NCBI GenBank assembly: GCA_037308085.1
Contig: CP147779.1
Location: forward strand, 1,408,001 to 1,472,000
Length of the DNA stretch: 64,000 nucleotides
Direction: 5' to 3'
Origin: Promethearchaeati archaeon SRVP18_Atabeyarchaeia-1
GTDB taxonomy: Archaea; Asgardarchaeota; Atabeyarchaeia; Atabeyarchaeales; Atabeyarchaeaceae
The position numbers were made by a program, and so were the translations under genes. Positions 38,356-49,089 of this stretch are shown in pieces; within the stretch, counting starts at the first letter, position 1, and each line of letters opens with the position of its first letter. A model generated the notes under the pieces. The model saw nothing but the letters and a program-made list of their open reading frames with translations. It did no database searches and was not told where the DNA came from.

Positions 38356-38616
38356 TCACTTCTTTTTCCGTATGAGGAATCGAAGTTTGCCGTCATCAGA
38401 CTTGGTAAATGAGATTATCTCTTGGTCGGTTCTTTTTGCCCACCGAGTTATGTCTTCTTCAGCGGCGGGGTCGTCCGCAAGGACCTCCAGAACCTGTCCG
38501 ACCCTCATCTTGTCGGTCTCCTCTCTTGTGCGATACACCGGAATTGGGCAGTAGAACCCGACCAGATCCAGGGTCTTGTCAGGTTTCGGCATAGGCGCCT
38601 TTTTCGTTGGGTTCAC
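38356..38616 (-). CDS. tusA: Sulfurtransferase TusA/SirA family
   Basis: LDLVGFYCPIP (CPxP), GQVLEVLADDP, DI..WA. Confidence 0.9.
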   Translation of the reverse strand: MNPTKKAPMPKPDKTLDLVGFYCPIPVYRTREETDKMRVGQVLEVLADDPAAEEDITRWAKRTDQEIISFTKSDDGKLRFLIRKKK

Positions 38617-38860
38617 CCTCTTCTCATCTCCTCACTATTTCTCATAACGGGAGGTTTTTTGGCAAATCACACCACACTGACAGGGATAACGTTTGACTCT
38701 ATTTACACTTATGTTTGTTCTAAGAGTACCGAGTTAAAAATCTGAGACTAAACCATGGCTGCTCGAATAGTGCCGAGGTTAGAAAAAGCCGGCTTGGAGC
38801 GCTACGCTCGAGCGCTCCTCCATGTCGTGCCCACACCGATTTCAGGGGCGTTTCTGAAGT

Positions 38861-40051
38861 CTATTCTCTTTCCAGTATTACTGCCGCTCCCTGCCCGCCG
38901 CCGCAGCATGCGGTTGCCAATCCATATTGTGCCTTCTGTGCTCTTAGCATTCGGGCAGTGGTTCCTACGAGTCTTGCACCTGTCGCCCCAAGTGGATGTC
39001 CTATCGCTACGGCTCCTCCCTTTACATTCACCTTTTTAGGATCAATTTTGAGTTTGTCCATGGCGTAAAGGACGACGACTGCAAATGCCTCGTTGATCTC
39101 CCAGAAATCAATATCGCTTGCTTTGAGCCCGGCTTGCCTGAGGGCTTTCTGGCTTGCAGGGACATTCCCCTTTCCCATAATGTACGGCTCTACACCCGCC
39201 CAGCCCATTGATTTCACCGCGGCCATTGGCTTTATTCCATACTCATCAGCCTTCTCCCGAGACATCAAGAGTACAGCAGAAGCGCCTGCATTGAGCGGTG
39301 ACGAGTTGCCTGCAGTTATCAGGCCAGTCTTCGGCTTGAATACAGGAGGCAGCTGCCTCAGTTGGTCAATCGTTGTGTCAGGACGAACGCTCAAGTCATG
39401 ATCAACAACCTCGGTCGACCCGTCTGCCTCCTTTACTTCGATTGGCATAAGTTCGTCTTTGAAGTAACCCTCCTTGATCGCCTTCGCAGCTTTCTGATGG
39501 GACTCCAAGGAGAATTGATCCATCTCTTCCCGAGTGAATTTTCTTTCTGCCACTGCCAACCTTTCCGCCGTCTGCCCCATGACGAAACCTGTCTGCATAT
39601 CGTACTCCTTTTGCTTTAACACACTCAGGTTAGGTATGAAGTGTGGATTGTCCTGCATTGGGACGTGCGTCAAGTGCTCCATTCCCCCCGCTATCACTAT
39701 GTCAGAATTGCCTGTTTGGATCTCCATTGTACCTATCTGCACCGCACTCAGCGACGAGCCACACTGGCGATCCATCTGTATAGATGGTACGTGTACTGAT
39801 AGTCCTGCTAAGACCGAGATTAGCCTTCCTGCATAAGTCCAGTTTTCTCCCACTCCAAGCGCGCAGCCAACGATGAGGTCTCCGATCTCCTCCTGGTTTA
39901 TCTTGTTCCTCTCAACAATAGTCTTCACCAAGCGAGAGAGCATCTCATCCATTCGAAAATGGTTGAACTTATCCTTCTCTGGCTCCTTTGGTCGGGACCT
40001 TGAGAAGGGTGTCCTCAGATAGTCAGCTATTATGACTTCTTTCATTCTCAT
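38861..40051 (-). CDS. Acetyl-CoA C-acyltransferase (thiolase)
   Basis: DRQCGSS, TAGNSSPLNAGA, EINEAFA, GGAVAIGHPLGATG, CCGGGQG. Confidence 0.93.
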   Translation of the reverse strand: MRMKEVIIADYLRTPFSRSRPKEPEKDKFNHFRMDEMLSRLVKTIVERNKINQEEIGDLIVGCALGVGENWTYAGRLISVLAGLSVHVPSIQMDRQCGSSLSAVQIGTMEIQTGNSDIVIAGGMEHLTHVPMQDNPHFIPNLSVLKQKEYDMQTGFVMGQTAERLAVAERKFTREEMDQFSLESHQKAAKAIKEGYFKDELMPIEVKEADGSTEVVDHDLSVRPDTTIDQLRQLPPVFKPKTGLITAGNSSPLNAGASAVLLMSREKADEYGIKPMAAVKSMGWAGVEPYIMGKGNVPASQKALRQAGLKASDIDFWEINEAFAVVVLYAMDKLKIDPKKVNVKGGAVAIGHPLGATGARLVGTTARMLRAQKAQYGLATACCGGGQGAAVILERE

Positions 40052-40265
40052 CCTACCCTCTTGATTTGTTGCACTACAATGCTTGAACTAGATAGCAAGC
40101 TATTTCCTAGATAAATCTGATCTTTCCTGTCTTGCGATAATCGCTATCATGCTGCTTGGGCCTATCATTTAGCCTGCCTAGAATCGGAAACGATTTTAAT
40201 AACATATTCACTCATTCTAATTGCGGTCCTAGCAAAAATGATGCAATTCATGGTAGTCGAGCGCT

Positions 40266-41741
40266 ATGGTAGAGATGGAAAAGAAGATCCGAAAGTTTAC
40301 AAGAGACACTTGGATTAGAATCCAACCCTACATCTTCATCATCCTGATGATCTCTGTCGTTGCAGTCATATTGCTTTTCGGCGCTGCAGCCCAAACGGTA
40401 TCAGCCATCTTCATCGCAATAACACTCATAACATACGCGCTGATTGCGACAGAGAAAATGCACAGGACGCTGGCCTCCTTAGGCGGGGCAATATCGACCT
40501 TGATTGCCTTGAAGATAACTGGCAAGATGCCTGACCTCATGGATGTCATAAGCGGTTCATCTCCACTCGTTGACTGGAGCGTCATACTCATAATAATCTC
40601 GGTGGCAATAGTATCCGAGATCGCAAAGGATTCAGGCCTGTTTGATTTCATCACGATAAAGATGATCAAGAGAAGCGGGGGCGAGCCACTGAAACTGCTT
40701 CTTTACTTCTCGCTCCTAATGGTCCTTCTTTCAGCGCTCCTAGGGGATGTGCCAGCTTTCATGATAGTCTGCACGCTCACGATGATGGTTACAAAAGGGC
40801 TTGATTTGAACCCAGTCCCATACGTGATGACAGAGATCATAGTAGCCAACGCTACCGCGATGGTTACAGTTGTAGCCAGCTTTGTTAATCTACTCGTTGC
40901 CGGCTACTTCGGAATGAACCCTGCCTACTTCCTTTCTTACGTGGGCTTCCTAGCCATTGGCTTACCCTTTGCCCTCATCGCCATGGTTGTCACCTACCTG
41001 TATGTGAAACGGTTCTACCGCAAGGATTTGCAGAGGGAAGGAATAAGTAGAACAGAGATCGAGAAACTCAAGAAATCAATAATGTTGCTGAACGAGAAGG
41101 AATTCATCAAAGACCCCAAGTTCTTCAGGAACTCGGCAATAATACTTATCGGTACACTCTTTCTCTTTGCCATATCATCATTCATAGGGATTCCATTCTA
41201 TGTCGTTGGCTTAATCGGTGCTTTCGCATTCATCTTCATGTCTGGCATTGACCCACTTGACGCCTTCCACAAGGTGGACTGGAGCCTCATCTTCTTCATA
41301 ATGGGATTGTTCATTGTAGTGGGAGGTCTCGACAGGACAGGCGTACTGGCTGCGGCAGGCAGCGCCATTGGAGCAGCGGCAGCTGGAAGCCTTCCCCTTC
41401 TCATAATCGTGATCACCTTGTTCGCAGGCACGATCTCGGGTTTCCTTGACGACATATCCGTGGCAACGGCGCTAATATACACGGTTAAACCAATGATGGT
41501 CGCGGCTGGCTTGCTAACTCCAACTCCAATATTGTGGGCAATAATGATCAGCGCAAACCTCGGTGGGAACATCAGCCCCATAGGCGGCGTCGCCAACATC
41601 ATGGGTATTACCGCCCTTCAGAAAGCAGGCGCAAAGCAAGGATGGAAACAATTCTTCAAAGTCGGAGTGCCACTAACATTCATCTTCTTGGGGTTAGCCA
41701 TGGTATACTTGATCATTGTGTCAGCACTCCTCGGATGGTAG
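40266..41741 (+). CDS. ArsB/NhaD/SLC13-type ion transporter
   Basis: Many TM; DSGLFD, VDWSLIFFIMGLF, ANLGGNISPIGGVAN. Confidence 0.85.
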   Translation: MVEMEKKIRKFTRDTWIRIQPYIFIILMISVVAVILLFGAAAQTVSAIFIAITLITYALIATEKMHRTLASLGGAISTLIALKITGKMPDLMDVISGSSPLVDWSVILIIISVAIVSEIAKDSGLFDFITIKMIKRSGGEPLKLLLYFSLLMVLLSALLGDVPAFMIVCTLTMMVTKGLDLNPVPYVMTEIIVANATAMVTVVASFVNLLVAGYFGMNPAYFLSYVGFLAIGLPFALIAMVVTYLYVKRFYRKDLQREGISRTEIEKLKKSIMLLNEKEFIKDPKFFRNSAIILIGTLFLFAISSFIGIPFYVVGLIGAFAFIFMSGIDPLDAFHKVDWSLIFFIMGLFIVVGGLDRTGVLAAAGSAIGAAAAGSLPLLIIVITLFAGTISGFLDDISVATALIYTVKPMMVAAGLLTPTPILWAIMISANLGGNISPIGGVANIMGITALQKAGAKQGWKQFFKVGVPLTFIFLGLAMVYLIIVSALLGW

Positions 41742-41904
41742 ATCACTAACAAGAAGAAATCTAGAGAATCCGAAGAACGAGGTTCAGCGATATATTCATA
41801 ATGACATTCTCTTTTTTTTCTCAGAATCATCAACAATTATATCTGATACGAGATACACTCTCCATACCGATGGAGTTAGCATCAACGATGGTGGATCACC
41901 GCCT

Positions 41905-42444
41905 ATGGCATATCCCGTAGATTCAACTAGAATTCGACGTGAGATAGCTAGGAACTACGAATCAGATCCTAGGAACTGGCGCCTACTATGGAGCATCGAC
42001 ACGAGAGGACACTACAATCTCCTCGCAGCAAAGGACTCTAGGTTGTGGTGGTTGAAGGAGGAACTCATTAATCCTCTCCTCAGCGTCGGTTGCGGCATTA
42101 GATCTCCACTCGAAGGAGACCTGGAACGAAAAGTCTTCAGCGAGGAGGAGTTCAATCCGTCGTTCGGACTGCGACCAGTACCAGAAGAGCAACTGAAGAG
42201 CATAATCATGAATCTCAAGATGGGAAGAAGTCCAGAGACACCTATTCAGCAAGTACTAAACTCGGAGCCGAGACCTCTCAAGGAACTGGATACTCCCATT
42301 CTTATGCAGGGTCCGCTCTATCATGTGCCCCAACTCGCAGATATGTTGTCTGACAAGCAGAGAGAGTTGGATGCCAAGCTGAATTTGGAGCTCGAGCGTT
42401 TGGTTCTCAAACGTTATCCACAGCTAACGATGTCCTATACCTAG
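41905..42444 (+). CDS. Hypothetical protein (likely start ATG 41905)
   Basis: Protein-like sequence from MAYPVDST onward; the upstream part of the 41716 ORF crosses a T-run terminator. Confidence 0.7.
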   Translation: MAYPVDSTRIRREIARNYESDPRNWRLLWSIDTRGHYNLLAAKDSRLWWLKEELINPLLSVGCGIRSPLEGDLERKVFSEEEFNPSFGLRPVPEEQLKSIIMNLKMGRSPETPIQQVLNSEPRPLKELDTPILMQGPLYHVPQLADMLSDKQRELDAKLNLELERLVLKRYPQLTMSYT

Positions 42445-42563
42445 TCTGCTTTTTGCGTATATGACGTCGCCAATCTCAGTTAATAAGAGGACAGAAATGC
42501 TTATGAATTGGGGCACCAACCATTAATCGATTCATCTGTATTGAGTTCTTTGGGTGATATTAA

Positions 42564-43517
42564 ATGCCATTGTCACTGAAAGGAAAAGTTGCCATAGTAA
42601 CCGGTGCCGGAAGAGGTCTGGGAAGAGAGGAGTCGCTGCTCCTCGCAAAGTACGGAGCGAAAATTCTTGTGAATGACATGGGCGGAGCCCATGATGGAAA
42701 GGGCCAATTCAGAGGTCCCGCAGACGACGTGGTGAAAGAGATCAAGGGCATGGGCGGAGAAGCTGCGCCCAACTACGAGAGCGTCACGAGCTTCGAGGGA
42801 GCAAAGAAGATCATAGACCAAGCTGTAAGCACGTTCGGGAAACTAGACATCCTTGTCAACAACGCAGGAATACTCAGGGACAAAATGATATTCAACATGG
42901 AGGAAGAGGACTGGGACTCAGTAGTTGGGGTGCACCTAAAGGGAACCTTCAACTGCACGAGACACGCCTGCAGTTATTGGAGAAACGAGCAAAAAGCTGG
43001 AAAGCCAGTTGCGGGAAGAATAATAAGTACGACATCGGACGCGGGGCTGCTCTATAACCCAGGTCAAAGCAATTACGGTGCAGCAAAAGCGGGCATAGTG
43101 GCATTCACACTCATTGCGGCGAAGGAGATGGAAAAATACGGTGTAACGGCCAATGTGATAGTGCCGCTAGCTAGGACGCGCTTAACGACTGAGGCGACGC
43201 CTTCTCTTGCCCCAATGATGGGAACCAAGGAGTCCTTCGAAAAGAAGTACGGCTACGATGTTTTGGCCCCAGAGATGATGGCTCCGCTGGTCGTCTACTT
43301 GGCATCTGACGATGCCAAGGGAGTATCTGGACAGGTAATGAGGGTAGTAGGCGGCAACCTCTGGCTGATGCAGAGTTGGAAATCAGGTGATGTGCAGAAG
43401 CGTAGCCCGCCGGGAATGTGGAAGCCGGAAGAGATGGGTCCAGTACTGAAACAGATCATGGCAAAAGCCTCGAAGAGAGAGGAACTAGTAGGGGTGCTGA
43501 GCAGCGTTCTCAAGTAG
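42564..43517 (+). CDS. Short-chain dehydrogenase/reductase (3-hydroxyacyl-CoA dehydrogenase-like)
   Basis: TGAGRGLG, VNDMGG, NNAGILRD, NYGAAK (YxxxK). Confidence 0.92.
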   Translation: MPLSLKGKVAIVTGAGRGLGREESLLLAKYGAKILVNDMGGAHDGKGQFRGPADDVVKEIKGMGGEAAPNYESVTSFEGAKKIIDQAVSTFGKLDILVNNAGILRDKMIFNMEEEDWDSVVGVHLKGTFNCTRHACSYWRNEQKAGKPVAGRIISTTSDAGLLYNPGQSNYGAAKAGIVAFTLIAAKEMEKYGVTANVIVPLARTRLTTEATPSLAPMMGTKESFEKKYGYDVLAPEMMAPLVVYLASDDAKGVSGQVMRVVGGNLWLMQSWKSGDVQKRSPPGMWKPEEMGPVLKQIMAKASKREELVGVLSSVLK

Positions 43518-43621
43518 ACCTTCTCCTCCTCTTTTTGTTATCAGAAAGTCATTTAATCAGGTCTTCTCCAATATTACCTAGCATGCGGTACTGCTGCAAA
43601 TGGTGGAGAGATAGTTTTAGC

Positions 43622-46243
43622 ATGTCTGCTAAGTTCACGAGTGCTTGGCTTGCGCGACGCCATTTTTCTCGAAGAAAACTCAGGAATTCCTTAATAATTG
43701 TCGCTGTGGCACTCTCAGTCGCAATGGTAGTCAGTTCCAGCATCGCATCCCAGAGCATTTCGGCACAAGTTGTGACGAGTGTGCGGAGCGTAGGCGGAGA
43801 CGTAGACCTGTCTATCAGGAAGGTTACAGCTGAACCCTTCAACGACACCATATTCAACTCCGTCGCTAACAATGGTGCGATAACTGCCGAGAACGGATTC
43901 ACAGCTCCGCGATACTCCGGAAAATGCATTCTGTCGGGAACTTACGTTCCTTTGAATCTGGCCAGCGTTGTCGGGGTAGATCCCAGATTGGAAGACAACT
44001 TTGGTTTCTCGAATTCTTCGCTATCCGCCCTGAGCAGCGGTGACAACGTCATAGTCACAGACGACGCTGCTGCTGCCTTAGGCATCAAGAATGGTTATGA
44101 CGTTAGGCTGGGTATCGATCTTCCCAACGGGACAAGTAGATATATCGACCTCACAGTCGCCTCTATAGTGCATGTTGAGGGGAAAGGGTACAATGGTGCA
44201 CTAATGGTCAATATTAGTAGAGTGCAATGGCTTTTCGCATCCCCTCATCAGATTACTGAAATCGTAGTGAAACTTCCCAACGCGGGTAACACGCTTCGAG
44301 TGAGGGATGCGCTAGTTCAATCACTAAGCGGATATGGGGGAATCGAGGTAATTGCCCCGAAGGAAGCACTGATATCCAGCCAACTTAGCCTGGTCAATGC
44401 TTTCGGTCTTGCTCTCGATGCTGTCGCGGGAATAAGCCTAATGTCAGCAGTTATTCTTTCAGCCAATTCTCTTCTCATGGCCGCTAATGAACGAAAGAAA
44501 GAAATGGGAGTGCTTCGAGCGGTGGGCGCTTCGAGAGGATCGCTGTTTAGGATATTCATATTTGAGGGTATGATAATCGGAGTGATTGGCGGGGTAACAG
44601 GTATCCTAGTGGGCATCCTCGTGTCAGCTGGGATGACCACTGTGATCAGCTCCTTCACTGGCTACCAGCCTTCAACTCTCATTATTTCACTCCAGACTAT
44701 TGTGGCAAGCTTTGCGGTCGGCGTGCTCATAGCTACTGTGGGCTCACTATACCCCGCGTTGGTAGCTTCCTTCGCTCCTCCTGCCAAGGCAATGAGACTT
44801 AGGGCAAGAGCTGCTCATGAAAGAAGATCCACGGCGCTTCTGCTCACTCTGGGAACTGCTTTCATTGCATCAGGCGTTTTTGGCGCCCTGACGGCCGCCA
44901 GCTGGATCATGGAGATAGCCACCGTGTTTCTCATAATCGTCGGCAGCTTGCTCACGATCTCAGCTCTGACAAGGCAAGTTGTGCGGATCCTCGGGATTCC
45001 CGCTAAGCCACTTTTGAAAGTCAGTCAACCTGTCACCGTCCGCAATATCGCTAGAAATAGAAGGAGGACATCACTGACAATAGGTGTTGTCTCAATTGGA
45101 TTGACATTCGTGATCTTCGTCGGAGGCATCCAGGGTAGCCTGACTTATGGACTCAACGACTTCCTTTATCGACAGCTCGGAACAGACATAATGATACGCC
45201 CCGCGTCGAGCCTCAACATAACCGATATAGCAGCCTTGGGATCGTTCGAGGGGGTTTCGCAATACTCCTTCTGCGAATTCTACGTGACAACCATCGGACG
45301 CGCCGCCAGTTCAGTGATAGGTTACAACACGACGGCGGTCGTCGGAGTCGAGCCCAACACGTTCGCCTCTGTATCATCAGTTGATCTGAAACCCCCAGGA
45401 CCTACGGACCTAACCTTGGTTATGGGCAAGTTATCCGCCGACAATCACTCAATCGCACTTTCGACTAAACTTGCTGCAGACCTTGGCGTGTCAATAAACG
45501 ACAACGTGACGATCCTGCTCTACAAATCAGTCTTCGCCAACTTCACGGTCGTTGCGCTTTTCTACGGTTCAGGGCTTATCCAGTACGGCGATCTAACCTT
45601 GGACGTAGCTTCGCTGATGAGCTACGAAGCCATGCGCAGCCAATTCAATTTGCCGGAAGCTGTCGGACCAATTCCTAATAGAGCGACATCAGATGGCCTC
45701 ATCTTGGTGAAAACCACCCAAGGGGAAAAGCCAAGTGCCGTAGCAGAGCGCATCAAGACTTCAGGCAAGCTCGGACCAGCGCAAGGCCTCGACATACTGA
45801 CCTCAGAGTCCATTACCCAAGCTTTTGCCATCGCAAGCGGGGAAATCGTCCTGCTGTTTCAAATGCTCTTGATCGTATCCATAGTAATCGCTCTACTAGG
45901 GCTCTCAACCACAATGTTTATGTCAATCATGGAAAGACGGCGTGAGATAGGAATACTAAGAGCAATCGGAATGAACAAAAGTGAAGCGCTTCGTGGAGTA
46001 TTGGGAGAAGCGCTGATACTAGGGCTGGGTGGGCTCCTGCTTGGCTTCATCGACGCCCTGCTGCTGACTTGGATCTTCCTAACCGCGATATCCACCTTCG
46101 GCTTCTATCTGCCATTTGTCTTCCCACTACAAGGAACCATCATCGCGATTTCCCTTACCTTGGTTATCAGCCTGCTAAGCGGAGCTTATCCAGCACGAGT
46201 GACATCGAAACTCAAGATAGTGGACGCGCTGAGATACGAATAG
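43622..46243 (+). CDS. FtsX/MacB-like ABC permease (duplicated)
   Basis: Two repeats with ERKKEMGVLRAVGA and ERRREIGILRAIGM; ends IVDALRYE; ATG at 43622. Confidence 0.9.
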   Translation: MSAKFTSAWLARRHFSRRKLRNSLIIVAVALSVAMVVSSSIASQSISAQVVTSVRSVGGDVDLSIRKVTAEPFNDTIFNSVANNGAITAENGFTAPRYSGKCILSGTYVPLNLASVVGVDPRLEDNFGFSNSSLSALSSGDNVIVTDDAAAALGIKNGYDVRLGIDLPNGTSRYIDLTVASIVHVEGKGYNGALMVNISRVQWLFASPHQITEIVVKLPNAGNTLRVRDALVQSLSGYGGIEVIAPKEALISSQLSLVNAFGLALDAVAGISLMSAVILSANSLLMAANERKKEMGVLRAVGASRGSLFRIFIFEGMIIGVIGGVTGILVGILVSAGMTTVISSFTGYQPSTLIISLQTIVASFAVGVLIATVGSLYPALVASFAPPAKAMRLRARAAHERRSTALLLTLGTAFIASGVFGALTAASWIMEIATVFLIIVGSLLTISALTRQVVRILGIPAKPLLKVSQPVTVRNIARNRRRTSLTIGVVSIGLTFVIFVGGIQGSLTYGLNDFLYRQLGTDIMIRPASSLNITDIAALGSFEGVSQYSFCEFYVTTIGRAASSVIGYNTTAVVGVEPNTFASVSSVDLKPPGPTDLTLVMGKLSADNHSIALSTKLAADLGVSINDNVTILLYKSVFANFTVVALFYGSGLIQYGDLTLDVASLMSYEAMRSQFNLPEAVGPIPNRATSDGLILVKTTQGEKPSAVAERIKTSGKLGPAQGLDILTSESITQAFAIASGEIVLLFQMLLIVSIVIALLGLSTTMFMSIMERRREIGILRAIGMNKSEALRGVLGEALILGLGGLLLGFIDALLLTWIFLTAISTFGFYLPFVFPLQGTIIAISLTLVISLLSGAYPARVTSKLKIVDALRYE

Positions 46244-46332
46244 CAGAACGGTACTAGAATCCTAGTAACACATATTTAGTAGATGAAGGAGAATAGAATA
46301 AGACAGCATCAAATTGGCTATCATCTTGGGAG

Positions 46333-47400
46333 ATGAGTTCCATGTCTTGGAAGGCACTCATAGTAGCGCCGTTTAGTAATGAGGGTCTCACTTTGCTGAA
46401 GAAGTATATGACAGTCACCTATGAGAATTGGAAAGAAACCAACAAGCTCTATACCGACTCAAGAGAGCTGGCCGAAAGAATTCAGCGTGGCAAATTCAAT
46501 ATCATCATTTGCGAGGGTGACAACGTTGATGAAGAGCTAATCAACAAGTGTGACCTGAAAATCATAGCATGCTGTAGGGCCAACCCCATCAACATTGATG
46601 TCGACGCAGCTACGAAGAGGAATGTACCAGTGATCTATACTCCCGCAAGAAACGCCGACTCAGTCGCCGACCTAACAATAGGTCTAATGATCGCACAGGC
46701 TCGGCACATGACGCTGGCCGACAGACTGCTAAGATCTGGACAGATCAAGGTTGAAACCGAGGAAGAAATGATAAAGTCACTGGAGCGCTTTAGTGGAGTG
46801 GAGCTTGGGCTCAGAACAGTGGGAATCATAGGGTTTGGCGCGATCGGTTACCGCGTCGCCAAAAGGCTAAGAGGTTTTGGGTCCAAGATACTCGTATACG
46901 ATCCCTTCATCGAGGCAGGTGACCCTAGGCCTAGAGAAGTCGGAGCTACAGTTGTCACGAAACTTGATACGCTCATGAAAGAGTCGGACTTCGTAACCCT
47001 TCACGTCGCGGCGTTGCCCGAGACAGACAAACTAATCTCAAGAGAACTGATAGGCATGATGAAATCAACATCCTACTTCATTAACACGTCCCGCGGGTTC
47101 TGCGTCGACGAGGATGCACTCTTCGAATCATTGAAGGAGAAGCGAATAGCAGGCGCTGGTCTTGATGTCTTCGTAGCCGAACCAGTTGAATCGACAAACA
47201 GGTTCCTGGATCTTGACAACGTCACAGTCACTCCGCACATAGGCGGGGACACGGTGGATGTGGTCATGCACCACTCAGAGATGATCGCGACCGACATAGA
47301 ACGCATCATCAAAGGAAAGAAGCCCAACTACTTGAAGAATCCTGATGTGCTAAGTGCAGGCAAGATCAAGAAGGGCAAACCTGCAAGGCGAAAGAAGTAG
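46333..47400 (+). CDS. D-isomer-specific 2-hydroxyacid dehydrogenase
   Basis: NADSVAD, GIIGFGAIG, INTSRG, LDVF..EP, TPHIGG. Confidence 0.92.
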   Translation: MSSMSWKALIVAPFSNEGLTLLKKYMTVTYENWKETNKLYTDSRELAERIQRGKFNIIICEGDNVDEELINKCDLKIIACCRANPINIDVDAATKRNVPVIYTPARNADSVADLTIGLMIAQARHMTLADRLLRSGQIKVETEEEMIKSLERFSGVELGLRTVGIIGFGAIGYRVAKRLRGFGSKILVYDPFIEAGDPRPREVGATVVTKLDTLMKESDFVTLHVAALPETDKLISRELIGMMKSTSYFINTSRGFCVDEDALFESLKEKRIAGAGLDVFVAEPVESTNRFLDLDNVTVTPHIGGDTVDVVMHHSEMIATDIERIIKGKKPNYLKNPDVLSAGKIKKGKPARRKK

Positions 47401-47434
47401 AACGAGGAAGAATAGGAAAAGGCGGACTATTGGT

Positions 47435-48979
47435 TTGTCAGACGAGTATCTAATTGGCATAGACTTTGGCACGAGTGGCGGGAAGTGCCTTATTACGGAT
47501 CTCAAGGGAAACGAGAAAGCAAGAACATTCAAAGAATGGTGGTATAGCTCCCCGGAAGAGATCAGACCTTACGCGAAAGAGTTCAACGCAAACGATTTCT
47601 GGCGCTTCATCTCGGAGGCCGTAAGGGAGACACTTCGCAAAGCAAAGGTGCCGGCTGGCAAGGTTGTAGGTGTAAGCTCAAGTAGCCTCCGCCAGGGCAT
47701 AGTTCTACTAGATGCCGATGGAGAAGAGCTTTACGCTGGACCGAATATCGACGCCAGAGGTGCGCTGGCCCAGGACAAGATCTTGAACACGCTAGGGGAC
47801 CAAGGTATTTTCGACATAACTGGGCAGGGACCAACAGTGATTTGCGCCCCGGCGCGGCTGCTATGGTTTAAGGAGAACAAGCCCGAGGTCTACAAGAAAG
47901 TCAGTCACATGCTGATGGTGAACGATTGGGTACTATACAGGCTGAGCGGAGTATACGCGTCCGAGCATTCCTGTGCCTCATCCTCCGCGTTCTTGGATGT
48001 GGAGAAGCGGGAGTGGTCAGCAAAAGTATGCCAGGAGCTTGAGCTACCAAGTGAGATACTAGCCGACCTCTATCGCTCGGGCGAAAAGATAGGAGCGGTG
48101 ACTATGCAAGCATCAAAGGAGACAGGGCTTGCAGAAGGCACTGCCGTAGTGACTGGCGGCGGAGATTCCATGCTGGGGCTCCTCGGCACAGCTGCAGTGG
48201 ACGACTATGATACAACCGTAATCGGTGGGACGACCTCAATGCTACAGACTGTCCTCTCAACCCCCTTGGTCGACTCAGAGAGACGGATACCCACGAGTTG
48301 CCATGTAATCCCCGGAAAATGGGTCATCGAAGCAAACGCAGGCATGACTGGAAAAGTCTACAACTGGCTGAGACTGGCACTGAGCAAAGCATTGGCTACT
48401 GGGAAAACGTCAGATCGAAGCCAAGAATTAGATTTCAAACAGATGGATGAACTCGCTGGACAAATACCGCCTGGCTCCGACAACATGTATGCGATTCTTG
48501 GATCAGAGATCATGGATCTAAAGAAGATCGAGACAATAAGACCGGGCATGTTCCTATTTCCGCCACCAGCGAATCCGATGACAGTCACTCCAACGGATGC
48601 CAGACACATGATTAGGGCGACGATAGAGAACATGGCATGCGCCCTTCACGGAAACAAGCTTGTGATAGAAGAAGTCATAAAACGGAAAATCAAGAAGGTT
48701 AAGGCTACTGGCGGGTTGTCAAAGGGGAGAATCTGGGTTCAAACCCTTGCCGACGTCTCAGGGATTCCTGTTGAAACCTTCAGGCTAAAAGAGGGAAGTC
48801 TACTGGGCTGCGCAATATGCGCCGCTACCGGAATAGGAGAATACGGGAGCTTGGAGGAAGCCGCCAAGAACATGGTTCAGCTCGAAGCAACGCTGGAACC
48901 TAACAAGGAAGTTCGCGAAGTCTATGAAGGATACTTTGATAGATGGAGAGAACTCTATGACAAGATAGTAGGCTTCTAG
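47435..48979 (+). CDS. FGGY-family carbohydrate kinase
   Basis: IGIDFGTSGGK, DARG, GGGDS, GGTT, TGGLSK...Q.LADV; TTG start at 47435. Confidence 0.9.
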   Translation: MSDEYLIGIDFGTSGGKCLITDLKGNEKARTFKEWWYSSPEEIRPYAKEFNANDFWRFISEAVRETLRKAKVPAGKVVGVSSSSLRQGIVLLDADGEELYAGPNIDARGALAQDKILNTLGDQGIFDITGQGPTVICAPARLLWFKENKPEVYKKVSHMLMVNDWVLYRLSGVYASEHSCASSSAFLDVEKREWSAKVCQELELPSEILADLYRSGEKIGAVTMQASKETGLAEGTAVVTGGGDSMLGLLGTAAVDDYDTTVIGGTTSMLQTVLSTPLVDSERRIPTSCHVIPGKWVIEANAGMTGKVYNWLRLALSKALATGKTSDRSQELDFKQMDELAGQIPPGSDNMYAILGSEIMDLKKIETIRPGMFLFPPPANPMTVTPTDARHMIRATIENMACALHGNKLVIEEVIKRKIKKVKATGGLSKGRIWVQTLADVSGIPVETFRLKEGSLLGCAICAATGIGEYGSLEEAAKNMVQLEATLEPNKEVREVYEGYFDRWRELYDKIVGF

Positions 48980-49089
48980 ATCTGGGGTCGCGCCAACCTA
49001 CTTCTTTCTTCAGCTTGGAGAAACTAGCAAAGCTTTTGTACTAATAGACAACATAGGCTGCAATCAAAATAGAATTCTTTTGGATGTGA

